Below are positions 56,020 through 64,000 of a stretch of 64,000 nucleotides of DNA, piece by piece. Both the position numbers and the translations under genes were made by a program. The stretch comes from Bacteriovoracaceae bacterium UBA6153. GTDB lineage: Bacteria > Bdellovibrionota > Bacteriovoracia > Bacteriovoracales > Bacteriovoracaceae. Location: positions 3,639 to 67,638 of the forward strand of contig DIUR01000010.1 in the NCBI GenBank assembly GCA_002428265.1, read 5' to 3'. Numbering within the stretch: position 1 is the first letter of the stretch; each line of letters starts with the position of its first letter. The notes beneath the pieces are model-generated. The model saw only the letters and a program-made list of their open reading frames with translations. It ran no database searches and was not told the origin of the DNA.

Positions 56020-56928
56020 ATGGAAATTAAGTTTTACAACCGCGTGACAGGTAAAGTGGACCATGAAATGGTCTATGGCGATAAATTTATTGAATGGCTT
56101 TATGAATCGACTTCTGGAAAAGGGATGTCACACCTTATTTGCAAAGCGCCACTCAGTAAATTTTATGGGGCCTTACAAGACAGCCCACTAAGTCAGAAAA
56201 AAGTTGCGCCATTTATAAAGAAATTCAATATCCAGATGGAAGACTATCTTCCTGAGGAAGGTCGTACTTCGAGCTCTCCTTACTCAACTTTTAACCAGTT
56301 TTTTATCCGTCGTTTTCAACCGGGAAAACGCCCTATTGTAGAAAATCCAAAGGAGATGGCAGCTTTTAGTGAAGCTCGTTATTACGGTTATGAAAGTGTG
56401 CAGGATAATGAAACTGTTCCTGTTAAAGGCCATAATCTAAAACCAAAAGCGCTGATTGCGAACTCAAAGTGGGAAGATACTTTTGAAGACGGGCCACTAC
56501 TTCTCGCAAGATTGTGCCCTGTTGATTATCACCGCTACCATTTTCCAGATGATGGAAAAATTGTTGACGACTACAGAGTCACAGGTCTTTATCACTCGGT
56601 AAATCCACTGGCCTTAAAATCAAAAGAAGACATTCTTATTACGAATGAAAGACATGTCACAATTCTTGAAACAAAGAACTTCGGAAAACTTGCCTATATT
56701 GAAGTCGGTGCCATTTGTGTTGGAAAAATCATCCAGTCAAAACCACTTGATAAGGGGAGATCGTTTGCTCGCGGTGAAGAGAAAGGCTATTTTCTTTTTG
56801 GTGGATCAACGGTCATCGTTATTGGTGAAAAAGGAAAATGGAAGCCTAGCTCTGACATTTTAGAAAACACTAAAAAAGGAATGGAGACATACCTTCATTT
56901 AGGAATGACAGTCGCAAACATCGGATAG
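56020..56928 (+). CDS. psd: phosphatidylserine decarboxylase proenzyme, intact motifs
   Basis: TFNQFFIRR, RLCPVDYHRYHFP, EVGAICVGKI and FGGST cleavage site. Confidence 0.93.
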   Translation: MEIKFYNRVTGKVDHEMVYGDKFIEWLYESTSGKGMSHLICKAPLSKFYGALQDSPLSQKKVAPFIKKFNIQMEDYLPEEGRTSSSPYSTFNQFFIRRFQPGKRPIVENPKEMAAFSEARYYGYESVQDNETVPVKGHNLKPKALIANSKWEDTFEDGPLLLARLCPVDYHRYHFPDDGKIVDDYRVTGLYHSVNPLALKSKEDILITNERHVTILETKNFGKLAYIEVGAICVGKIIQSKPLDKGRSFARGEEKGYFLFGGSTVIVIGEKGKWKPSSDILENTKKGMETYLHLGMTVANIG

Positions 56929-57668
56929 TGATCTGAAGGAAAGACGTTATTAAAAGAGCGTTTTTCCATGTGAAGATAGCTGCACTCAAATTGTGCCGGC
57001 ATTAAAATCCAATCTATTCTTGAGCCCTCAGCGGCTTCATTTCCATTGAATCCATGATGGCTTGTTTCTTCTTTATAATTTTTTTCAACCCATGGGTCTT
57101 TGAGATTGAAGGCATTCATTAAATCATTTTTGATTTGAGACTGGGGGGATTCATTAAAGTCTCCCATGATAAAAATGTTTTGGTCCCCAAGTTTTTTAAG
57201 TTCAGCGATCAAGACAGCAACCTGGCCAGTTCTGGTTTCATTTAAAATGTGGTCGAGGTGAACGTTGGCAATTAATAGTTTTTTATTTGTCTTTATGATT
57301 TCGACTTCTGCCCAAGTGCAAAGCCTGGGAAACGAGCTGGAAAAAGAGCTTGATCCAGGAACATCAGGAGTTTCAGAAAGCCAAATGTCTCCAGAGCGCA
57401 AAACCTTTATTTTTTTCAAGTCCACAAAAAGGCAAGGGTACATCCGCACATCAATCCATTCGCGATGAGAGTCAATGAGAGTGAGGTTCGTTAATTTTTC
57501 ATCCAGCTCTTTTATTTGGCCTATTCGGCCTTCTTGAGTGGCCAGGATATCGGGAGAAAAGTTCTGATAAAGCTCAGTTAATAACGGAAGTCTATGAGGC
57601 CAGTCGTGGGGGCCATCTGCCGGATTGGCATAACGAATATTGCTGGTAATAATTTTGATTTCGCTCAT
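56895..57668 (-). CDS. endonuclease/exonuclease/phosphatase family protein
   Basis: SNIRY, TQEG, NVHLDH, GDFN, RIDWI, SDH. Confidence 0.9.
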   Translation of the reverse strand: MSEIKIITSNIRYANPADGPHDWPHRLPLLTELYQNFSPDILATQEGRIGQIKELDEKLTNLTLIDSHREWIDVRMYPCLFVDLKKIKVLRSGDIWLSETPDVPGSSSFSSSFPRLCTWAEVEIIKTNKKLLIANVHLDHILNETRTGQVAVLIAELKKLGDQNIFIMGDFNESPQSQIKNDLMNAFNLKDPWVEKNYKEETSHHGFNGNEAAEGSRIDWILMPAQFECSYLHMEKRSFNNVFPSDHYPMFATVIPK

Positions 57669-57772
57669 AAATTGTTCTTATTTTAAAACACTTCATTCTC
57701 CTATGAGAACACTAATCTCAAATATTCTTAGCAATGCACTTATGAAATCAAAAGTTTAACTATCAATTACGC

Positions 57773-57790
57773 TTGGCATCCTCTGTGCTT
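57773..57790 (+). promoter_or_regulatory. sigma54 (RpoN) -24/-12 promoter
   Basis: TTGGCATCCTCTGTGCTT: GG at 57775-76, exactly 10 nt, then GC at 57787-88; intergenic. Confidence 0.6.
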
Positions 57791-57816
57791 TATGAGTCAT
57801 AAACCTGGAGGGGATA

Positions 57817-58152
57817 ATGGAATTACAAAAGACAATTCTGAATCAGTACATGCTTTTAAACAATAAACCTACTTTGAAGAAAATTTCTGCTGATACAGGC
57901 ATTCAACTAACAAGAGTTTTTAGACTCTTCAACGGCAGCACGATGAAGCTATCGGAGTTTGAAATATTCAACAAGAAAGTCAAAGAAAAGATGGGCTTAA
58001 CGGAAGGACTTGAGGCGCTCGCTTTTGAATGCTCACTTAAATTGAGTCCTGTTGCGATTAAGGATTTAGAGGTTTTTCTCAAAAGAAAGATCGAAGTTTG
58101 GAAGTTGGCCCAGATACAAAAACAACCAATTTCAACTCATTTAACAGCGTAG
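57817..58152 (+). CDS. putative XRE/Cro-like helix-turn-helix protein
   Basis: TLKKISADTGIQLTRVFRLFNG HTH pattern; GGAGG RBS. Confidence 0.65.
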   Translation: MELQKTILNQYMLLNNKPTLKKISADTGIQLTRVFRLFNGSTMKLSEFEIFNKKVKEKMGLTEGLEALAFECSLKLSPVAIKDLEVFLKRKIEVWKLAQIQKQPISTHLTA

Positions 58153-58171
58153 TAACGCAAAGGGATATTTT

Positions 58172-58693
58172 ATGAAAGACGGATTATTACTCATTGAAAG
58201 AATTGTTATTGAATCGCTCTCGAAGAAAGAAAAAAACATCCAAGAGATTGAAATTGATACGAATTTAGCCCATGGTTTGTTGCTAAACATCCTGCCAAAC
58301 CTCTTAATGCGTAACATGATTAAGTATAAAAATGGCACGTATTCTCTAGACAAAGAGCACTGTTTTCAATGGTTAGGAGAGGTGAATAAAAAGCAAAATG
58401 TCAAAGAAGAGGCCCGTGAAATCTTCACCTCTTTAGTGAATCAATACTTTGAAAAAGATGCCACATGTCCTCAACATCTAGGGGCCCAATTGAAGATACA
58501 AAAGATGTGGCTAACTCATGATGAGGAAATAATTTTAAAGTCTCATATGAATGCATTGGAAGGTTTTTTCAATGGTGTAAAAGAAGCTAGAAAACGTCAT
58601 CCTCAGAGGGAAAAAACCTGTGAACAGCGAGTGGTTATCTGGGGTGCAACTCATTATTCGGATTTAGTTGAGGGTGTTTTAAAAGCAGTTTAA
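58172..58693 (+). CDS. putative winged-helix protein
   Basis: IIESL...NIQEIEIDTNL...ILPNLLMRNMI-x3-GTYSL winged-HTH pattern. Confidence 0.55.
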   Translation: MKDGLLLIERIVIESLSKKEKNIQEIEIDTNLAHGLLLNILPNLLMRNMIKYKNGTYSLDKEHCFQWLGEVNKKQNVKEEAREIFTSLVNQYFEKDATCPQHLGAQLKIQKMWLTHDEEIILKSHMNALEGFFNGVKEARKRHPQREKTCEQRVVIWGATHYSDLVEGVLKAV

Positions 58694-58727
58694 GTAAAAA
58701 AATTTTCATTTTTTTTTAAGAAGATAG

Positions 58728-58757
58728 TTGACTTCAATACCCCAACAGTAATATAAA
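58728..58757 (+). promoter_or_regulatory. sigma70-type promoter of the small lipoprotein
   Basis: TTGACT followed 18 nt later by TATAAA. Confidence 0.4.
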
Positions 58758-58817
58758 TTTACATATCATTATTGTGCACGGTAACACGTCATCGAAACGA
58801 AACTTAGGAGATTTGAG

Positions 58818-59030
58818 ATGAAAAAATTATTAGTTCTTGCTCTTGTTGTATCTGCAATGTCATTCGGTTGTTCAAAAAAAGAAGAAACAACTACAACTGA
58901 AGTTGCTCCAGCTACAACTGAAATGGCTCCAGCTACAGAAACTGCTCCAACTGCTGAAGTTGCTCCTGGTACAGAAGCTGCTCCAACTGCTGAAGCTGCT
59001 CCAGCTGCAGAAGCTGCACCTGCTCACTAG
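58818..59030 (+). CDS. small Ala/Pro/Thr/Glu-rich lipoprotein
   Basis: Lipobox SFGC (Cys18), AGGAG RBS, own terminator. Confidence 0.85.
   Translation: MKKLLVLALVVSAMSFGCSKKEETTTTEVAPATTEMAPATETAPTAEVAPGTEAAPTAEAAPAAEAAPAH
58896..59024 (+). repeat. in-frame tandem repeat, 7 copies of (T/A)E-x-AP-x, period about 18 nt
   Basis: Peptide units EVAPA, EMAPA, ETAPT, EVAPG, EAAPT, EAAPA, EAAPA. Confidence 0.85.
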
Positions 59031-59066
59031 TTATTAACCATTCTTTAATTAGAGTGTTATTAATAT

Positions 59067-59095
59067 AAAAAAGGCTCCTTCGGGAGCCTTTTTTA
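59067..59095. terminator. bidirectional rho-independent terminator
   Basis: A6-GGCTCC-TTCG-GGAGCC-T6 between convergent genes. Confidence 0.9.
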
Positions 59096-59098
59096 TTT

Positions 59099-59566
59099 CT
59101 AGCCTACGTATCCATGTGTCTTTATAAAATCTTGTACTAAATCCATAAACCTGTGATCAATGTCTTTATTCTCCGGAGAGTCTTCACAACATTGAAGGTA
59201 GCCGAGCATTTTTTGAAATGGCGTTGTTCTGTTCTCACTAGCAAGCCACTCTTGGAAATAAGTGATGGCATTAAGCCAGGCCCCAAGTGAGTAGTTAGAG
59301 TGATCGACCACTCTGAAAAAATAATCAATCCCAGGAACACCTACCGGACGCTCTTTAGAATCTTGAAATAAAAGTTTTACCATGAGTTCTGTTTGAGGAA
59401 TCGTTGCGGCCCCTTTAGTAAGGCGAACAAGATTTCTATCAGAAAGAAACTTTTCTGGAATAGTGGCACGTGCAAACTCTAGAGTGGCACGCCACTCTTC
59501 GCCTTTTTGTTCGATGACATCTTGTAGTGTATGAATAGGTTTTTTTATGGGATTATTTTGGTTCAT
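59099..59566 (-). CDS. hypothetical cytoplasmic protein downstream of metH
   Basis: 155-aa ORF; GGA before the ATG; overlaps the metH stop region by 14 nt. Confidence 0.75.
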   Translation of the reverse strand: MNQNNPIKKPIHTLQDVIEQKGEEWRATLEFARATIPEKFLSDRNLVRLTKGAATIPQTELMVKLLFQDSKERPVGVPGIDYFFRVVDHSNYSLGAWLNAITYFQEWLASENRTTPFQKMLGYLQCCEDSPENKDIDHRFMDLVQDFIKTHGYVG

Positions 59567-62500
59567 ATCCTAAATTTGGTGCCAGCCATTTTTCTATTGT
59601 TGCTACTGGCATCTCCTTTCTTTTAGCATAATCCTCGATTTGATCACGTCCAAGACTTCCTACGTTAAAATAGCGTGCTTCAGGATGATTAAAATAAAAT
59701 CCTGAAACTGAGCTTGGCGGATTCATCGCGAAGTTTTCAGTGAGAGTGACACCAGTGTGAGCTTCTGCATTTAAAAGATCCCACAGAAGTTGTTTTTCAG
59801 TGTGATCAGGACATGCAGGATATCCTGGAGCAGGTCTTACGCCGCGGTATTTTTCTTTAATTAAATCTTCATTAGATAAATTTTCATTCAGACCGTATCC
59901 AAAAATCTCACGAACTTTTTTGTGAGCAAGTTCGGCCAGGGCCTCTGCCAGGCGATCTCCAATGGCCTTCACCATGATAGATGAGTAGTCATCATTTTTG
60001 TCTACAAACGTTTTTGCATAAGCTTCTACTTCATGACCAGCTGTCACGACAAAGCCGCCAAAATAGTCGTTGTGGCCTTCTGGTGCGATAAAATCAGCGA
60101 GGCTATGGTAAACGCCATCATCTCCAATTTTTTCTTTTTGCTGACGAAGAAAGTGCAGAGTCTTGTTGTTATTAACAATGACATCATCGCCGCGTGAGAA
60201 AGCCGGGAAAATACCGATCAAAACTTTTGGATTGAATATTTTCTTCTTAACGATGTCATTTAGTAAAACCTGAGCATCGTGGAAAAGTTTCTGTGCCTCT
60301 TGTCCGTATTTTTCATTGCCGAGAATTTTTGGATAAGTCCCTTTTAATTCCCAGGTCCAAAAAAACGGCGACCAGTCTATATAAGGAATAACTTCTTCAA
60401 GACTGATATCCAGATTAAAAATTCCAGTGCGGGATGGTTTGGCGATTTCTATTTCATTCCAATTTGTTTTGAATGAGTGAGCGAGAGCTTCATGATAAGG
60501 AATTAAAACATTGTCCTGCGCTTGATTAGCGTGTCGATCTCTCAGCGCTTGAAAGCTCTCTTTCATATTGCGGGCATATTCATCTCTTCTTTCCGGAGAG
60601 ATGAGATTTGTACAAACTTCGATAACAAGTGAAGCATCTCCAACGTGAGCGATTGGAGAGTGGTAGTGAGGAGCAATTTTAATAGCAGTGTGAGCTTTAG
60701 ATGTTGTCGCTCCACCGATAAGTAGTGGAGTCGTAAAACCCTGGCGCTCCATTTCTTTTGCAACGTGGATCATTTCATCAAGGGATGGAGTAATGAGTCC
60801 AGATAATCCAATGATGTCTGCTTTTAATTCTTTGGCAGTATCTAAAATCTTTTGAGCTGAAACCATAACGCCAAGATCGATCACTTTGTAGCCATTACAA
60901 GCGAGAACCACACCGACAATATTTTTACCGATATCGTGAACATCACCTTTTACTGTGGCAATAACAAAAACACCTTGCTCGCGAACTTCAACAACCGCAT
61001 CCAGTTTTTCCTGTTCCATAAATGGCTCAAGATAAGCGACGGCTTTTTTCATAACTCTGGCCGATTTTACAACCTGAGGAAGAAACATTTTGCCTTCACC
61101 AAAAAGATTACCGACAACTTTCATTCCGGCCATTAAAGGGCCTTCGATAACATTAAGGGGGCGCCCTAATTTTACACGAGCTTCTTCTGCATCAATTTCA
61201 ATATACTGGTCAAGGCCTTTAACCATTGAGTAAGAAATTCTCTCTTCCAGAGAGAAGTTTCTCCATTCATCAACTTTAGTTTCAGATTTATCTGATTTTT
61301 GATTTTTTAATGTTTCGGCGAGCTCTAATAACTCTTCAGTCGCATTGTCGTGAAGATTTAAGACAACCGCTTCGCATTTAGCGCGAAGATCTGGATCGAT
61401 TTCGTCATATACAGCTAGCATTCCAGCGTTCACGATTCCCATATCAAGACCAGCTTTAATAGCATGGAATAAAAATACTGAGTGAATGGCCTCACGGACA
61501 ATATTATTTCCGCGGAACGAGAAAGAGAGATTTGAAACTCCACCAGAGGTTAAAGCACCAGGGCAAACCTTCTTTAATTCTCTCACGGCTTCAATGAAGT
61601 TGACTCCATAAGCATTGTGCTCTTCGATACCTGTTGCAACAGTTAGAATATTTGCATCGAAAATAATATCGCATGGATCGAAATCAAGTTTTTCAATTAA
61701 TAAGTCATAAGCGCGTTTACAGATTCTGACTTTTTCATCTTTAGTGGCCGCTTGTCCTTGTTCATCAAAGGCCATAATAACAACGGCTGCACCGTATTTT
61801 TGAATCAGGCGGGCCTGTTCCAAAAATTTCTCTTCGCCTTCTTTTAATGAAATAGAATTGACGATTGCTTTACCTTGAAGACATTTTAATCCTGCTTCAA
61901 GCACTTCCCACTTTGATGAATCGATCATGATAGGGACGCGCGAGATATCAGGCTCACTTCCTACTAAGTTTAAGAAGTGAATCATACAGGCCTTTGAATC
62001 AAGCATCCCTTCATCAAAGTTAATGTCGATAATGTTCGCGCCGTTTTCCACCTGTTGCCTGGCAACCGAGAGAGCTTCGTCGAAATTAGAGGCCTTAATA
62101 AGTTTTGCGAATAAAGGGGAGCCGGTGACGTTTGTGCGCTCACCGACCATATAAAAAGGCTTGTTGTGTGTATCTTCTATTGTAAATGGTTCTAGCCCCG
62201 AAAGGCGAGTAGCTTTTTTAATTAAAGGCGTAATTCTTGGCTTTTTTGTCTTACATTTTTTTACAATGGCATTAATGTGATCAGGAGTCGTCCCGCAACA
62301 GCCACCTAGAATATTAATAAATCCAGCATCGACAAACTCACCAACGAACTTTGCAGTCATCACAGGCGTTTCATCATATCCTGTCGGAGAAAGTGGGTTA
62401 GGCAGTCCTGCGTTCGGGTAACAACTGACATAACAGTCGGCAATTTTCGAAAGCTCTTCTAAATAAGGACGCATCTCTTTTGCACCTAAAGCGCAGTTTA

Positions 62501-63239
62501 GACCTACTGAAAGTGGTTTTGCGTGGCGGACTGAGTTCCAGAAGGCTTCTGTCGTTTGCCCTGACAGTGTTCGTCCAGAGGCATCAGTGATTGTTACAGA
62601 AAGCATCAGTGGAAATTTTATTCCGACTTCTTCTTGAAATTTTTCAATAGCAAAGATCGCCGCTTTTAAATTTAGAGTATCAAAAGTTGTTTCAGGTAGC
62701 AGAATGTCTGCTCCGCCTTCAATAAGAGACTTGGTCTGTTCATAATAGTTTTGAACAAGTTCATCAAATGTCACTGCTCGGAAAGCTGGATTATTTACAT
62801 CTGGTGACATGGATAGAGTTCTGTTAGTTGGCCCCAGTGCTCCGGCCACATAACATTTGCGGCCTGGATTTTTTGCCATGAAATCATCACAAGCTTTTTT
62901 AGCAAGCTTTGCTGATTGGAAATTGATGTCGTGAACAGCGTGCTCGAGATCGTAATCTTTCTGAGCAATTCTTGTTCCCGAAAATGTGTTGGTTTCGATA
63001 ATGTCAGCACCTGCTTCCAGGTAAGCCGTGTGAATGGCATAAATAACATCAGGTCTTGTAAGAGATAATAGATCGTTGTTGCCTTTTAAATCACTTGGGT
63101 GATTTTCAAAGTGTCCTTTTCTAAAATCCTCTTCCTGAAGTTTATAAGTTTGAATCATGGTGCCCATAGCACCATCGAGAAACAAAATCTTTTCTTTAAG
63201 AGTTTTTTCCAGTTCTAACAGAGTTGAATGTTTTTTCAT
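59553..63239 (-). CDS. metH: cobalamin-dependent methionine synthase
   Basis: [33 protein letters not shown] (B12-binding His), [12 protein letters not shown]. Confidence 0.98.
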   Translation of the reverse strand: MKKHSTLLELEKTLKEKILFLDGAMGTMIQTYKLQEEDFRKGHFENHPSDLKGNNDLLSLTRPDVIYAIHTAYLEAGADIIETNTFSGTRIAQKDYDLEHAVHDINFQSAKLAKKACDDFMAKNPGRKCYVAGALGPTNRTLSMSPDVNNPAFRAVTFDELVQNYYEQTKSLIEGGADILLPETTFDTLNLKAAIFAIEKFQEEVGIKFPLMLSVTITDASGRTLSGQTTEAFWNSVRHAKPLSVGLNCALGAKEMRPYLEELSKIADCYVSCYPNAGLPNPLSPTGYDETPVMTAKFVGEFVDAGFINILGGCCGTTPDHINAIVKKCKTKKPRITPLIKKATRLSGLEPFTIEDTHNKPFYMVGERTNVTGSPLFAKLIKASNFDEALSVARQQVENGANIIDINFDEGMLDSKACMIHFLNLVGSEPDISRVPIMIDSSKWEVLEAGLKCLQGKAIVNSISLKEGEEKFLEQARLIQKYGAAVVIMAFDEQGQAATKDEKVRICKRAYDLLIEKLDFDPCDIIFDANILTVATGIEEHNAYGVNFIEAVRELKKVCPGALTSGGVSNLSFSFRGNNIVREAIHSVFLFHAIKAGLDMGIVNAGMLAVYDEIDPDLRAKCEAVVLNLHDNATEELLELAETLKNQKSDKSETKVDEWRNFSLEERISYSMVKGLDQYIEIDAEEARVKLGRPLNVIEGPLMAGMKVVGNLFGEGKMFLPQVVKSARVMKKAVAYLEPFMEQEKLDAVVEVREQGVFVIATVKGDVHDIGKNIVGVVLACNGYKVIDLGVMVSAQKILDTAKELKADIIGLSGLITPSLDEMIHVAKEMERQGFTTPLLIGGATTSKAHTAIKIAPHYHSPIAHVGDASLVIEVCTNLISPERRDEYARNMKESFQALRDRHANQAQDNVLIPYHEALAHSFKTNWNEIEIAKPSRTGIFNLDISLEEVIPYIDWSPFFWTWELKGTYPKILGNEKYGQEAQKLFHDAQVLLNDIVKKKIFNPKVLIGIFPAFSRGDDVIVNNNKTLHFLRQQKEKIGDDGVYHSLADFIAPEGHNDYFGGFVVTAGHEVEAYAKTFVDKNDDYSSIMVKAIGDRLAEALAELAHKKVREIFGYGLNENLSNEDLIKEKYRGVRPAPGYPACPDHTEKQLLWDLLNAEAHTGVTLTENFAMNPPSSVSGFYFNHPEARYFNVGSLGRDQIEDYAKRKEMPVATIEKWLAPNLGYEPK

Positions 63240-63242
63240 TTC

Positions 63243-64000
63243 TTACTTTTGATATTTTTTTACAATATCTACAATAGTGTTGGTGTCGTTCATAATATAG
63301 AAATGCACACAGGGAGCGCCGCCTTCGAGGAGACCTTTAACCTGATTGCTGGCCCATTCTTTTCCAATGGCAGAAACATTTTTTGGGTCACTTGTGACAG
63401 CTTCTACAAGTTCATCAGGAAAATCGATATAAAAGTTTTTTGGAACGCTTACGAGTTGGGTAGTGCTTTTTAAGACTTTAATTCCTGGAATGATGGGAAC
63501 AGTGATGCCAGCAGCACGAGCTTCTTTTACAAAGTTAAAGTAGTGGTTGTTATCAAAAAACATTTGAGTAACGACATAATCGGCACCCGCATCTACTTTG
63601 CGCTTAAGATTAATTAAATCAAGTTTTAAGTTTGGAGCTTCGAAGTGTTTTTCAGGGTAGCCTGCAACGCCTATGCAGAAATCGAATTTGGCTGAGCCTT
63701 CGAGTTCATCGAGAAACTGGCCTCGATTTAAAGCATTAACTTGTTCAACTAAATCTGAAGCGTAATAGTTCATACTACGGTTTCGTGATAATTCTTTTTT
63801 ATAATTTGGGCCATCGCCTCGAAGGGCAAGAATATTATGAATACCCAAGAAATTTAGTTCAAGTAATGCGTCTTCAGTTTCTTCTTTTGAGAAACCTAAG
63901 CAAAGAAGGTGGACAACTGTGTCAATCATGAAACGGTTTTGGATGATCCCACAGATACCAATTGTTCCTGGACGCTTTTTATAAATCTTGCGTTCAATAG
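63243..64000 (-). CDS. metF: methylenetetrahydrofolate reductase (5' partial)
   Basis: LALRGD, VAGYPEKH, KRKVDAGADYVVTQMFF, HFYIMN. The frame stays open to the window edge (IERKIYKKRPGTIGICGIIQNRF). Confidence 0.93.
   Translation of the reverse strand, partial: IERKIYKKRPGTIGICGIIQNRFMIDTVVHLLCLGFSKEETEDALLELNFLGIHNILALRGDGPNYKKELSRNRSMNYYASDLVEQVNALNRGQFLDELEGSAKFDFCIGVAGYPEKHFEAPNLKLDLINLKRKVDAGADYVVTQMFFDNNHYFNFVKEARAAGITVPIIPGIKVLKSTTQLVSVPKNFYIDFPDELVEAVTSDPKNVSAIGKEWASNQVKGLLEGGAPCVHFYIMNDTNTIVDIVKKYQK

Noticed and set aside
58772-58806. c-di-GMP-I riboswitch-like fragment before the small lipoprotein (GCACGGTAACAC...TCGAAACGA)
   Set aside because: It resembles only the P1 start and tetraloop; the GGACGCAAAGC junction and P2 stem are missing before the RBS.
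58837-59037. Leu/Gln-repeat ORF overlapping the small lipoprotein
   Set aside because: It is the +1 frame read-out of the 18-nt repeat; the lipoprotein frame has the RBS and lipobox.

Overview
An AT-rich bacterial chromosomal window. It most likely comes from a Bacteriovorax-like predator (Bdellovibrionota); this is inferred from the Glt gliding-type cluster and overall gene content. Core genes are the probable rpsB tail, tsf-pyrH-frr-uppS-cdsA-rseP-tsaB, a psd-like gene, pssA, truA, tig, valS-hisS, a FadF-like Fe-S oxidoreductase, hslO, addBA, trxA-gmhA, polA, groES-groEL, a peptide ABC transporter, btuB with a compact cobalamin riboswitch and a divergent BtuFCD-like transporter, an HtrA protease, a second psd, metH and a partial metF. 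I saw no tRNA, rRNA, CRISPR array or mobile element. The best candidate for an undescribed system is at 42.8-44.7 kb: a sigma54-type promoter, a 20-codon leader ORF with its own RBS, a small secreted TIMP/NTR-like OB-fold protein, and a propeptide-less matrixin (MMP-like) protease ending in a Cys/Gly-rich transmembrane anchor, possibly a protease-inhibitor pair. A sigma28-type promoter and a degenerate receiver-like protein follow it. Other leads are several apparent pseudoenzymes (a PSD lacking its pyruvoyl Ser, an alkaline-phosphatase-fold lipoprotein lacking metal ligands), a gltC-D-E-F module with no gltG, Fe-S staple cysteines on both AddA and AddB, a sigma54-driven pair of HTH genes, a three-gene secreted orphan cluster and several probable leaderless genes. 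All family and fold calls come from motifs read by eye; no database search was run.
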